A stretch of DNA of 64,000 nucleotides from Octopus sinensis (taxonomy: Eukaryota): positions 194,680,001 to 194,744,000 of the forward strand of contig NC_042998.1 in assembly GCF_006345805.1 (NCBI RefSeq). Direction: 5' to 3'. Below the pieces are notes generated by a model. It made no database searches and was not told the origin of the DNA. It saw only the letters and a program-made list of their open reading frames with translations. Positions 1 through 13,282 of the stretch are shown here, in pieces. Each line of letters opens with the position of its first letter. Position 1 is the first letter of the stretch. The position numbers and the translations under genes are program-made.

Positions 1-78
1 ATCATGATTATGAAGATGATGATGATTATGAAGATGATGATGATGATGATGATGATGAAGATGATGATGATGATGATG

Positions 79-157
<79 letters not shown>
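1..157. repeat. (GAT)n microsatellite
   Basis: Imperfect GAT trinucleotide run visible directly. Confidence 0.95.
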
Positions 158-1138
158 GTGTGTGTGTGTATGTGTGCGTGCGCTTGTGCTTGTCTCCATC
201 ATTGCTTGACTACTGGCTCAGCTTGTTTACATCCCTATAACTTAGTAGTCCAGTAAAAGAGATCAATAGAATAAGTACCAGACCTGAAAATAAGCACTGG
301 GGGTTGATTTGCTCGACTAACCACTTCAAGGTGTCCCAGTATGGCTGAAACAAGTAACTGGAAAAAATTAAATGACAAAGATGTAAAAATGTGCATTAGT
401 AACTTACAGATTCACAATATATTAAAAGTGTGCCTTAATTTTTCCTGCATATTAACACATTTAAATACTGTTTTAAAAGCCTGATTTAATAAGTATTTTA
501 AATTTTGTCTGCTTGTCTTTTAAAACCCTGCAATGTTCTACATCTTTCGTAGTAAGCATTGTTAAATCTCACAAAGTTTGGATTGTAGCTTCATCATCCC
601 TTATATTTGCTGTTCCACATGAATGCACACATTTAACTAGCATAACACCTTCAAACTTAGGGGCAATATTAGTCAACAAAATTTAGAACATTAAGTATTG
701 TAAGAAAAATGCCTCAAAATGACATTTCAACTTTTCTTCATGCAAAACTAATGAAAAAAATAATTGTGATAGGATAAAGTGTTTGCAACTTGGGAAATTT
801 CTCTGATATAAGGGAAGAGAAAAAAATCAGACCATTAACTAACCAGGTTTCCTGTTTTATTTTTAGCTGCCCTTTGTTACAAATTATTTCAACTAAAAAT
901 AGTTACTGGTTCTGTGTTGCCAAAATAGCTTCGATAATTGTGTTAACTGTTGCCAATAATCGACTACAACTGGAAACAATTATCAGCTCTGGTGCCAGTC
1001 AATGAAAGTCAGAACTTAAGTTCAGTTAAATGAAACACAACTCTTGCCAGTTTAAAAACAGCACATTACTAGTTTCTGACACCATTTCTTTAGAATATAC
1101 AATGAATGGATATCACTTGTAGTTGCATATTTATGAGG

Positions 1139-1156
1139 GACATCTTATAAGCAGAA

Positions 1157-1214
<58 letters not shown>

Positions 1215-1230
1215 GCACACGCATGCACAT

Positions 1231-1286
<56 letters not shown>
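1139..1286. repeat. (CA)n microsatellite
   Basis: Long CA dinucleotide tract; source of the HT/CV pseudo-ORFs. Confidence 0.95.
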
Positions 1287-1287
<1 letters not shown>

Positions 1288-1429
1288 ACAGTATCATGGT
1301 ATCAACCAGATGATCAAATATTGTTATACACTACTAGTTACAATGCTGTTCCTTGCATTTTCAAATGATGCTGCCCCACTGGCTAGGTGGGCAGGCCAAC
1401 ATTCTCCCTGAACAAGATGCCAGTCCATT

Positions 1430-2280
1430 TCATTCCAGGGCTACATATCTACAATTGAATGCACTGGGGCAATGTGAAGTTACTCTCACTTTACTTGCTG
1501 TGTCCTTGTACATAGCTTGTATAGCCTTCACAAGCCATTCTTGTACACCTAATTTCTTTAGTGACCACCAAATTGCTGAGAATCGTATACTGTCAAATAC
1601 CTTCTTGAAGCCAATGAATGTCAGGAACAGTGGTTTACTCTTAATCAAGTATTTTCCCTGAAATTGCCTCACTTGAACTATTGCATCCATGGTACATCTT
1701 CTGGGCATGAAACCAAATAGCATCTTGTCTAAATGTATCTATTTCTTTACTACCCACAAGGGGCTAAACACAGAGGAGACAAATAAGGACAGACAGATGG
1801 ATTAAGTCGATTACATCGACTATATAGTGTGTAACTGGTACTTAATTTATCGACTCTGAAAGGATGAACGGCAAAGTTGACCTCGATGGAATTTGAACTC
1901 AGAACGTAGCAGCAGACAAAATATCTATTTCTTTACTACCCACAAGGAGCTAAACACAGAGGAGACAAACAAGGACAGACAGACGGATTAAGTCGATTAT
2001 ATCGACCCCAGTGCATAACTGGTACTTAATTTATCGATCCCGAAAGGATGAAAGGCAAAGTCGACCTCGGCAGAATTTGAACTCAGAACGTAATGGCAGA
2101 CAAAATATGGCTACGCATTGCATCCGGCATGCTAGCGTTTCTGCCAGCTTCTTGCCTTAATCTTGTCTAAATGTATCCTGTCATGAATCAGTTGTGCTAG
2201 GACTCTCCCCATGACCTTCATAACCTGGTCTAGTAGTTTGAATCCTCTATAGTTTCCTGTGAGGCATCTCCTTTATTGCA
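1430..2280 (-). mobile_element. Decayed RTE-clade LINE reverse-transcriptase fragment, interrupted by a SINE
   Basis: Translation ...KVMGRVLAQLIHDRIHLDK|MLFGFMPRRCTMDAIVQVRQFQGKYL...FKKVFDSI...WWSLKKLGVQEWLVKAIQAMY matches the RTE RT motifs QFGF and DLEKAFDRV. Confidence 0.85.
1740..2159 (-). mobile_element. tRNA-derived SINE (family A) with internal ~185-bp tandem duplication and 18-bp TSD
   Basis: B-box GAGTTCAAATTC and core GCCTTTCATCCTTTCGGG..GATAAATTAAGTACCAG; TSD ATCTTGTCTAAATGTATC at 1722-1739 and 2160-2177. Confidence 0.9.
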
Positions 2281-2439
2281 TCTGAGTCTACTCTGTCATG
2301 AATTCATTATACTATGACTCTCTCTGTCTCTGTCATAACCTGATCTAGTAGTTTGATTCCTCTAAAGTTCCCACTCACTAAGTTATCTCGTCTGTCTATG
2401 TTGTAGTTTTCTTCTAGCTTAGCAGTCCTACTAATCTCA

Positions 2440-3190
2440 AAAGTTAGTCACTCCAGTGTTTTCAATCCTGAAAATTTCTCTCCCAGTTCTCAGTGTCAAT
2501 ATAACATTTCTTGAAGTTAACTTTCAGGATATCTTTTAATCTTTTCTTTTGCCCTCCTCTTCATTTTCCTTCTTTTAGTATGGATAGAGAAATTGCTTTG
2601 GTACATGGTTGTTATTCATCTGGGCAACATGATCAGTCCATGTCAGCTGTTTCTGGATGGTTATATCTTCAATAGAGGTCATGTTGGCTTCTTTCAACAC
2701 ACTAATGTTTGTCCTTCTTTCTTCCCAGCTCGATGTTGAGAATACTTTGAAGGCAGCATTGGTGGTACCTTTCAAGAGCTTTTATGAGTCCTCCGCATGT
2801 GGTCCAGGTCTTGGATGCATAAAGAAGTGTGGGGATGACTACTGTCTTGCATACCATCATTTTTGTGTCAGTTCAAATGTCTCGATCCTGGGACACTCTC
2901 ATTTGGAGACAGCCAAATGACAGCACTGGCATTTTTGAGATAATGTTTCTACAGTCAGTGTTTTGAGTTTGGATATTGTTATGAGGCTTTGTATTTGTTT
3001 TTATGGCAAAATGAGGTATTGGTAATCACCAGATAATGCTTAGCACACTTGTTGAGAAGAAGTGCCCTGTTGGCATTGGCCCTGCCAATTCCTTCTCTTC
3101 CAGTGATTCCTGTCCACAGCTGTGATCTCTCTTGACTCTGGCATTAAAATCACCAAGTAGTACAATATTGTCTTCTATCAGATTGGAAGA
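2440..3190 (-). mobile_element. Internally deleted RTE-BovB-like LINE
   Basis: APE motif VLLGDFNARV (~3140-3170) joined to C-terminal WEERRTNISVLKEANMTSIE...QLTWTDHVAQM...PKQFLY...GGQKKR. Confidence 0.75.
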
Positions 3191-4459
3191 GAGTATTTAT
3201 AAATAAATGGATTGATTGGAAGTTGGAAGCTCAAAAAATTAAGATTAATAACAGAAAAAAGAACCTACGTATATGTTTCAGTTGAACTATCTAGATGATG
3301 GGAATCTCCAAGCATATTGTTTAATGCCAGGGAAGCTCTCATATTCAAATCTATATTGTGGTAGGACTTCTTCAGGGTTCAAAAAAGAGCTAACACAACT
3401 TAAGTGATCATTTTATCTTTAGAGGGAAATGTATAAGTATTAGCAGGTTAAAGTTAAAAGCTATATATTCAGGTTTAATTTCATTGGTAGGTTTTGAATA
3501 TTGATAGAACATCAAAACAGAAAACAAAGTGAAATAAAGAAATTCACTGTTTCTACTTGTCTATTTTTTATATGACACCTATCTGACCCAGATATCATAT
3601 CTATAACCATTGTATTCATATGAAACATGCTCCACCTATTGATAGTCCCATCTTGTACTTTAATATTCTCATAAACATTAACTTTATTTGCAACAATAAC
3701 TACTCAATATTCACATCATATTTCTATTTATTTTTAGACCCAACACCTACTACCTTTAATAAATTACTGAACACAAATCCTAATTTATTAGATACATACA
3801 GGATGTAAATATATATATGTATGTTTGTGTGTATGTATGCTCATATGTGTGTATGTACATACAGTTGTATGTAAGTATCATCATCATCATTTAACGTCTG
3901 TTTTCCATGCTAGCATGGGTTGGACGGTTCGACTGGGGTCTGGTAAACCATGGAGGCTGCACCAGGCTCTAGTTTGATTTGGCAGTGTTTCTACTCCGTG
4001 AGTGTAGTGGGTGTTTTTTACATGCCACCGGCAGAGGAACCAGAGCAGGCTGTATGTGTGTATGTATGTATGCACACACACATATATACATATACACATA
4101 CATACATATGTGCATGCTTTCATACATGTATAATACAATTCATATTGGAATTGAGTATAAGCCTAAATTTTTATCAGTTAGCAAAGAAGTTAAGTGAATA
4201 ACTGAAATTATATGTATTTTTCCTTGCTCTTCCATACACGATTTTTTGCATTAAGAATGTAATGCATAACAATATTTTCCTTCTTTTCTATGAAACAAAC
4301 AAAAAAAATATACAAAAGAATCCAAAGCTTTTTGGAAATTTGAAAAATGTTGAGTATCATACAGATATGGTTTCATGTGACTGCTTACTTATTTACAAGT
4401 CAAGTAGAGGATTAGAAAAAGTAAAGTATCATATGCACGAAAAGCAGGATAATGTGTGT

Positions 4460-4737
4460 TTGTATTCATACAGACACATATATATATATATATATACATG
4501 CATACATGCACATATAAATATATATATATAAGCACACACACACACATACATACACACATACATACATACATGCATGCATACATACACACATACATACATA
4601 CATCATCTGCATCATATATATATAAATATATATATATATACAAGCACACACACACACATACACACATACATACATACATTCATACATACATACATGCATA
4701 CATACGCACATACATACATACATACATCATCTGCATC

Positions 4738-4790
<53 letters not shown>

Positions 4791-5045
4791 CAAGCACACA
4801 CACACATACATACACATATACATACGTTCATACATACATACATATATACATACATGCATACATGCATGCATACATACACACATACATACATACATCATCT
4901 GCATCATATATATATATATATACAGACAAGCACACACACACACATACACACATACATACGTTCATACATACATACATACACGCATACATGCATACATGCA
5001 TGCATACATACACACATACACACATACATACATATATCATCTGCA
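4460..5045. repeat. Compound (CATA)/(TA)/(CA) satellite with a higher-order unit marked by CATCATCTGCATCA
   Basis: The marker recurs at ~4601, 4725, 4893 and 5035; it is the 5' junction of the adjacent LINE fragment. Confidence 0.8.
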
Positions 5046-5640
5046 TCACAAACAGTTGCCCAAAAATGTCATCATGGTATTATCTACTGATGAGACACGA
5101 TGTCGTAGCTAGGATACTATATAACGAAATTTGTCAGAAGGATAACCCCAAGGACAAAGAAATAAAAACCCACAGTATGGTAGAAGCCATAGCCACTCAT
5201 AATAAAAAGGAGTACTCATGGAATGTCTTAGCGAAAACCTCAGTAAAATGTAAACACAATAGACCTGACATAATGATTTGGGATAGAGAAGAGAAACTGA
5301 GTACAGTTGTGGAAATCAGCTGCCCAGCAGATGTTATCATAAAGCTGAAGATCAGTGGAAAAGAAAATACCTCTGCTGAACTATTGAGAAATTTGCTGTT
5401 ACTATCCAGATTACAAGTTCAGGTTTGTACCTGTAATTATTGGGATACTGGGATATGTAACACACTGCCTAAATACTAATCTTGAGAAATTAGGAATGGA
5501 GAAAGCTTGTTCAAGGACTACAGATCCAAGCCATCATTGGAACTGTAAAAATCTGTAAAACTTTCCAGAAGTTTATCATTTAAGTATATATGAGCATGTC
5601 TAGACATGCATGTATATCCTTGAGAAGACATACAGAAAAC
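5035..5640 (+). mobile_element. 5'-truncated R4/Dong-like (RLE endonuclease) non-LTR retrotransposon
   Basis: SCPKMS...RHDVVARILY...KHNRPDIMIWD...VVEISCP: end of the CCHC knuckle, RHD motif and PD-(D/E)xK-type nuclease; frameshifted. Confidence 0.8.
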
Positions 5641-5963
5641 AAAACATACATACATACATACATACATACATACATACATACATACATACATACATACATG
5701 CATACATACATACATACATACATGCATACATACATACATACACATACATACATACATACATACATACATACATACATACACATACATACATACATACATA
5801 CATACATACATACATACATACACACACATACATACATACATACATACATACATACATACATACATACACATACATACATACATACATACATACATACATA
5901 CATACATACATACACATACATACATACATACATACATACATACATACATACATACATACATAC

Positions 5964-6460
5964 ATCAGTGAAAAAGAGAACACCTATACTGAACTATTGA
6001 GGAATCTGCAGTTACTTTATCCAGATTACAAGTTCAGGTTTATACCTGTAATTATTGGGGCCCTGAGATATGTAACACGCTGCCTAAATACCAATCTTGA
6101 GAAATTAGGCTTCTCAAAACCAGAAAGGAGAAAGCTAATTTGAAGACTACATATCCATTCCATCACTGGAACTGTAAAAATCTATAAAACATTCCAGAAG
6201 TTTATCATTTAAATATATATAATCATGTCGAGATATGCAACTATATACATGAGAATACATACATAAAACATACATACATACATACATACATACATACATA
6301 CATACATACATACATACATACATTACATATATACATATATACAAACAAAATTACCCTGCTGTTGATGTTGAAATTCCAAGGTGTCTTGGATCTAGGTTAG
6401 AAGCTGACTTTTTCGTTATTGGCAAGAAATCTTGAAATAAAACTGAATAATGACATACAT
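5964..6460 (+). mobile_element. Second, shorter 3' copy of the same R4/Dong-like element, including 3' UTR
   Basis: ISEKENTYTELLRNLQLLYPDYKFRFIPVIIGAL duplicates 5350-5640; it starts in and ends on (CATA)n (...AATAAAACTGAATAATGACATACATAC). Confidence 0.8.
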
Positions 6461-6500
6461 ACTTACATACATATTACATATATGTGTGTGTATACATATA

Positions 6501-6733
6501 CCTATTTCTTTACTACCCACAAGGGGCTAAACACAGAGATGACAAACAAGGATAGACAAACGGTTTAAGTCGATTATATCGATCCCAGTGCATAACTGGT
6601 ACTTATTTAATCGACCCCGAAAGGATGAAAGGCAAAGTCGACCTCGGTGGAATTTGAACTCTGAACGTAACGGCAGATGAAATACCGCTAAGCATTTCAC
6701 CTGGCGTGCTAACGTCTCTGCCAGCTCGCCGTC
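6501..6733 (-). mobile_element. SINE family A, full length
   Basis: Same head (GGCGAGCTGGCAGA), B-box and core as 1925-2159. Confidence 0.9.
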
Positions 6734-7551
6734 TTAATATATATACCTATGTATACATATACCTGTTACATGGTTGGTTTGGTGGTGACTAAACTGGCAA
6801 CCCCACCGAGCTTGCTTGGTGTGGAGGGTGATTGTTGGAGACCGATGAAAAGTATAACCTATCATGAAGGGCGAAGGAACTCACGAGTAGTCAACAGCCA
6901 CCCAACTATATGTGTATATACTTATTTTTTTAATTAAATTTGATGCATTAGTGGGGAAAGATGGGGCTCCTTAACTGTTGTGAAGGCATCCCATCTAGGA
7001 AAGGGAAACCACCACCACCACCATCACCAGTCTCAATGTGGACTGTCAAAATTAATCCTAAGACTTTGTGGGAAAAAGCAAGGAAGCATGACATGGCCCT
7101 TATTGTTCATGATCCCCCAAGACAATAGGAACTTGGTGTACATAACAGTGGAGATTTCAGTTGGGCTGGCTGCTGGCACAAAGCCATCTGTCATTCCTCC
7201 AGTTCACTTTTGATCATGACAAAGTTCATATTTCCTCAGGATACTTGAGAAAGCACTTCAACCAGATCACACGATTCTCCTGGGTCTTATCAGACTGCTC
7301 TCTTCTTATAGCATAGGATCTGTGCCTGATGTCTTCGCACACCACACATCTAACTGATATCTAATTGATATTGCCAAGATAGACTTATTTACATCCACAA
7401 ACACACATTTACATATATGCATACCCACCTACCTATATACTTATATAAATATGTATATGCATGTGAAAGGTAGATTGTAGAATGCATATGTGTAGAATGC
7501 AAACTGTGACGTCGCAATGTAGTGAGACATGACCATTGAATAAAGAGGATG

Positions 7552-7815
7552 ATTGGCAATGACCGGCATCTTGCCAGGATTCTCGGTAAAGGTTTCCTGG
7601 ACTTGATGAACAAACTACTCAACTTTTCTGACTATGTGTGACTATTATTGAGAATAGATTTTTCTCCTTTCTTGGCCAAAGAAGGCACATTCTCACAAGA
7701 GGTCAGGAGCTCTCTTCTGATTTTAAATGCAATCGCAGAATCACTGTGGTTGGTGGATAAGATGATGAGAACAGCATGCCTTCTCATCATCTGCATTAAA
7801 TTCGAATCTTCCATG
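7552..7815 (-). mobile_element. Highly decayed Tc1/mariner-type transposase N-terminal fragment
   Basis: RRHAV...KIRREL...AKK and FVHQVQETFTENPGKM resemble paired HTH regions; stops and frameshifts present. Confidence 0.4.
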
Positions 7816-8688
7816 TTGGATATTTATATGTATCCTTACCTACATACATACTTATGTAAATATGTATATGCATGTACATACTAAATTAGAAGATATTTAA
7901 TTAAAGTTTGTTCTTAAAGGACATGTTGGACTATTTAGTCTGAATGGTTTTGCTTGAAATGACTTTAATCAAAGGTCTGCTTTTTAAGGGTCAACCTAAG
8001 GTCATCGGTGTCACCTCCTTGGCTATAACTAAGCAATGAAAAGAAAAAATTAAATAAATAAAAAGCAACTATAACCCGTGCTAGCGCGGAAAACGGATGT
8101 TAAACGATGATGATGATTACTCAGAATTCCTGAGTTTTGAACATTTTTTCATATTACAAACAGCAGCTATGATTTCTTTCAATTTCCCATTTTTTACAAA
8201 TAAAAGAAAGTATTTTCCACCAGAAGCACCTAATTACATAATTACTGAAATGATTTATTCTTAAATTTCATTGCTTAAATTGAATCAATTTTTGGCAGCA
8301 ACCTCAATAACATCTCTTTTTTCTTGTTTTCCTGTAACATTCGAACAATATTGTTTTTTAGGTCAAACATGAATATTGAAAATCTCATGAAGGATATAAA
8401 AATTGTTTCCTTCACTATGCATATGTTTTGGATGTGCATACATGAGTGTGAGAGAAAGGGAGAGAGAGAGAGAGAAAGAGAGAGGGTACTGAGAGAGAAA
8501 GAGAGAGGGTACTGAGAGAGAAAGAGAGAAGGGACAGAGAGAGAGAGAGAGAGAGAAGTAGAAAGAGGAAGGAAGGGAAGGGAGAGAGTTTGTATCAGTG
8601 TGTACATATGTGTCATTGCCAACTTTTATGTATATATATTCTATGTATGTACATCTATGCTTGTGTGTTAAACATATGTAAATACCAT

Positions 8689-8720
<32 letters not shown>

Positions 8721-10129
8721 ACAGCGGTGGCAGCATTATTTTTACATCCATTTTTCCATGCTTGCATGGGTTGGATGAGATCTTTCTAACATAGCATCCT
8801 GTCACACCCTTCTTACATCCTCTTTGTTCAATGGTCATGCCTCACTACATTGCGACATCACAATTTGCATTCTACACACATGCAATCTACAATCTACCTT
8901 TCACTTGGAGAGGGCTCTTATCTAGTATGCACATGCATATACATATTTATATAAGTATATAGGTAGGTGGGTATGCATAAGTCTATCTTGGCAATATCAT
9001 TTTCAGTAACAGCAGCATCATTTTACTTGTTCTTCTGTTCCTCCACACTGAAATAAGTGGACTATTTTTACAGTCCACATTATCTTGCACACAAACTAGC
9101 AGAGTAAAATCAATCAACACTCTCTCTCTCTCTTTCTCTTTCTCTGCACACCGACATATGCATGTGCAAAACATACAGAGTGGAACACTTAAGCATAGTG
9201 AAGGGAATACTGCTTGTATTTTATTGTGTCTCCATCACTAGAGTGCTGGTTGACCCATTCAATAGGTATTAATAGAATACCTTGTACTCTATATCAGATT
9301 CTATTCAAAGCAACTGCTGTAGTGAGACACTTCCTAAACTGCTGAGTAGTTTGTAACGTAGCTTGTAGAGCCTACATCTTGTTTCTAAATTCTACTTTTG
9401 GCATATTTTCTCTAGCTGGATGCCATTCCAATCACCAATAACTTCACAGAGTGTACAGAATGCATTTTATCATGGCACTAACCTCCTAAAAAGGTTGTCC
9501 TATGTAATCAGAATTAGACAAAAAAAGGTTGTCCTATGTAATCAGAATTAGAGATCCACCCTCAACGCTGTATCAGTTCTAATTGGAGCTACTGCACTCT
9601 TAGTTTACACCATTTGCTACAATATTTCATCTCATTATATCTTCCACTGAAGCAACAAGCTGACAGAATCATTAACACCCCAGGTGAAAAACTGAGGTAT
9701 ATTTTATCTGTCTTCACATTCTGAGTTCAAATTCCACTAGGGTCAACTTTGCCTTTCATCCTTTTAGAGTCAATAAAATAAGTACCAGCTGAGTACTGGG
9801 ATCAATGTAATCAACTATTTCCCTCCCCAAAATTTCAGGCCTTGTGCCTATGGTACAAAGGATTATATCCTCCACTGCAACCCTATACATTGCCACACCA
9901 CACATCGTGGTATTTTGTCTTGCTACATGCACTGGTCTTTTGCCATGCAATCTTGATACAGCTCTTTATCTCAGTCTGTTACCTGGTATGCCTTTTTTGT
10001 CTTGACTGAAGCCTGGTGCAGCCATCTGGTTCACCAGCCCTCCGTCATTCGTCCAACTCATGCTAGCATGGAAAGCAGATGCTAAACGATGATGATAATA
10101 TACATCATATTCATCATACTATACCACAT

Positions 10130-10465
10130 CATCATCATCATCATTGTTCGACCGTGGTCGAGACAATGGAATTTACCATGCTACGCCAGACTTCATGGTC
10201 CATCATGGCATTACAGAGGTCCTGTTGCTGGATGCCTGTATCCTTGGAGATTACATCAGGGTAGGAGAGTGTGCGCCCTCTGGTATTGCGAGTAGATGGC
10301 TTCCAGAAGAGTAGAAATTACCTCTTTTTCAGCTCTACAACAATGTCCAGCAAACTGGACTCTCCTACCTTTCACAAGAGATGACACAGGTGGTAGTTTC
10401 CCATTTATTTGCATTTTGGTTGGATGGCGCTTCCACGAGAGATTTTGAGCTCTCATATACCACAC
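10130..10465 (-). mobile_element. RTE/RTE-X LINE 3' fragment with (GAT)n tail
   Basis: RAQNLSWKRHPT...LPPVSSLVKGRRVQFAGHCCRA is a typical RTE C-terminal motif. Confidence 0.65.
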
Positions 10466-11409
10466 CACACTATATTCTTCAATACACTACACAACATAAC
10501 ATCATGGTGTACCACACTATCTCACTATACACACACTACATCACACCATACTGCACTATACTTCACGTCACCACATCATACCCATACACATTATACCACA
10601 TCACACTACAACACATCACATTGCATTATATTACGTCACCACTTACATTTCACTACATCAAACCTTACAACTATACTATTCCACAATGTTGTTGATAATG
10701 TTATATAGAGAGGTCAACCCTGACCAATCAGACTTATGATCCTATAATTTTCCTATGTGCAGGGAACACAAGATCACATTATCCAACATGTTTATTTTGA
10801 AGAAGATAAGTGTGCGATTTGATGGTATTTGGCTGCTATTTCTGACAGGTTAAATGACTACATAGAGGCTTCCTTGCTGGCTCAACCACAATACTGTAAT
10901 GCTATCAGGCATCCATATTTCATGTAATATTAAAATGCTTACAACAACAACAACACTACCAATGACAACAGCATCAAAATCAAATCTGTGAAGAGATAAT
11001 GTCATTATTTCCAAAGAGAAAATATATTTTCATAAATATTATTAACCATATATACATTTTTATAAAGATTATCAACCTTATATACACTATAAACAATGCT
11101 CTCCTTTCCTATGGACAAAAATAAAATTCTTTTACTTGTAACATCATTGGAATGTAGCCATGCATTGTAGGCTTTACAATGTAAAGCCTACATTAGGGTT
11201 TAGTCAAACAAATCAAGACCAGTATTTTTTTAAAGTATAGTACTTATTCTATTGATCTATTTTGCCAAACTACTAAGTTACCGGGATGTAAACAAACCAA
11301 AACTGATTGTCTGGTGGTGTGGTAGGGACAAGCACAAAAGCAAAGACATGCACATATGTAATACATAAAAAAAAAAAAAAGATTCGAGCCAGGTCGTCGA
11401 CAAAAAGAT

Positions 11410-11660
11410 TTGAGCAAGGTCGTTGCTAGTACTGCCTGACTGGCCCCCATGCCAGTGGCACGTAAAAAGCACCCACTACACTCTCAGAGTGGTTGGCGTT
11501 AGGAAGGGCATCCAGCTGTAGAAACTCTGCCAGATCAAGATTGGAGCCTGGTGCAGCCATCTGGTTCACCAGCCCTCAGTCAAAATCGTCCAACCCATGC
11601 TAGCATGGAAAGCGGACGTTAAATGATGATGATGATGATAATGATGATGATGATGATGAT
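11410..11660 (+). mobile_element. SINE-like family C (GTGGCACGTAAAAAGCACC...CCATGCTAGCATGG...(GAT)n tail)
   Basis: Dispersed family with many copies in the window, e.g. 3878-4040, 25847-26030, 41422-41580, 48972-49222, 49768-49922, 52025-52370, 52585-53000, 57995-58253. Confidence 0.85.
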
Positions 11661-11713
11661 GCATATATATATACATACATGTATAAACATGCATGCATGT
11701 GTGTGTGTGTGTT

Positions 11714-11757
<44 letters not shown>

Positions 11758-11987
11758 ATGTTGGATCGTTAGCCCCTACACGCAAATTTTTTTTCTCTCC
11801 TTGTTTCTCTCCTTGTTTCTTTTCTGTCTATCTTTCTGTTGAAGAGCGTAGGCTCGAAACATAGACTTGTTTTATTTCTATTCCTGAGCGCCATACTAAT
11901 ACATTGTTTGTACTCCACCTATCTTCGTCTTTTGTTTATTTTCGTAAACCTGCCTTCGTCCTTTGTTTATCTTCGTAAACCTTCCCG

Positions 11988-12025
<38 letters not shown>

Positions 12026-12094
12026 TATATAGTTATGGTATATTCTGTTAAGATCATAGTAGAGTACAGCATAAAGCTTAGCCACCTTCAGATT

Positions 12095-12194
12095 NNNNNN
12101 NNNNNNNNNNNNNNNNNNNNNNNNNNNNNNNNNNNNNNNNNNNNNNNNNNNNNNNNNNNNNNNNNNNNNNNNNNNNNNNNNNNNNNNNNNNNNN
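12095..12194. other. Assembly gap (100 N)
   Basis: Run of exactly 100 n; true size unknown. Confidence 1.
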
Positions 12195-13020
12195 AAAGAG
12201 AGAGAGAAAGTTAATGCTTGTGTAGGTATGAGAGAGTGGGGAGACTCAAATCGTGAGAGGGAGAGAGCACGAGGGAGAGTGAGAGAGCGCGAGGGAGAGT
12301 GAGAGAGCGCGAGGGAGAGGGAGAGAGCGCGAGGGAGAGGGAGAGAGCGCGAGGGAGAGGGAGAGAGCGCGAGGGAGAGGGAGAGAGCGCGCGGAGAGGG
12401 AGAGAGCGCGAGGAAGAGGGAGAGAGCGCGAGGAAGAGGGAGAGAGCGCGAGGAAGAGGGAGCTAGAGAGCGAGGAAGAGGGAGCTAGAGAGGGAGGAAG
12501 GGGGAGCTAGAGAGGGAGGAAGGGGGAGCTAGAGAGGGAGGAAGAGGGAGCTAGAGAGGGAGAAGAGGAGCTAGAGAGGGGGAGAGGGAGATAGAGAGGG
12601 AGGAAGAGGGAGATAGAGAGGGAGGAAGAGGGAGATAGAGAGGGAGGAAGAGGGAGATAGAGAGGGAGGAAGAGGGAGATAGAGAGGGAGGAAGAGGGAG
12701 ATAGAGAGGGAGGAAGAGGGAGATAGAGAGGGAGGAAGAGGGAGATAGAGAGGGAGGAAGAGAGACGGATGAAGAGGGAAAAGAGAGAAGCGAGAGAAAT
12801 AGCGAGAGACTGAAGTGAGAGAGGAGGAGGGAAGACAGAAAGAGAGGAAGAAAAGCTGGAAGGAGAAGAGAAGGAGGGAGAAAGATAGAGGGAGAAAGAA
12901 AGAGGGAGAGAAAGAGGAGATAGGGGTCAGAACTTTGAGCGAGAGCGAGGGAAGAAAAAGACGGATGAAGAGAAGAGAGGGAAGGAGAAAGAAAGAGAGA
13001 GAGAGAAAGAGAGAGAGACT
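12195..13020 (+). repeat. Polypurine GA minisatellite with evolving 20-22 bp units
   Basis: GAGGGAGAGGGAGAGAGCGC units grade into GAGGAAGAGGGAGATAGAGAGG units. Confidence 0.9.
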
Positions 13021-13276
13021 GAGGTCAGAAGTTCCTTGATTCTAAGCCAGGATCCAAAACTGAATCTTGCATTTCTCTTACCAGTTCCTTTAGTTCCGAC
13101 TTTGCTGAACTTGAACGAACTGATTTATTCTTCCAAACTTTCCTTGCTGTTAAATCAGCATAGTTTTTCATTGATGGGAGTTTGTTTTCAACCTTTGAAT
13201 ATTTTCAACCTTTGAATTAAGCGACCCACGCAGTTCAGCCCAAACAATAAAGACAAAACAAATTTTCGGAAACATT

Positions 13277-13282
13277 TTTATT
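13277..13282 (-). terminator. Poly(A) signal AATAAA of the protamine gene
   Basis: AATAAA ~160 nt after the stop codon, followed by a GU/U-rich downstream element (TTTGTTTTGTCTTTATTGTTT). Confidence 0.75.

Noticed and set aside
400-1080. Possible coding exon or pseudogene on the minus strand
   Set aside because: Frames are interrupted by stops and I recognise no protein family; it would need a TBLASTX search.
12815-13039. Basic R/K/E-rich ORF as a second protamine-like gene
   Set aside because: Translation of a GA simple repeat with a GTG start and no promoter or poly(A) context.
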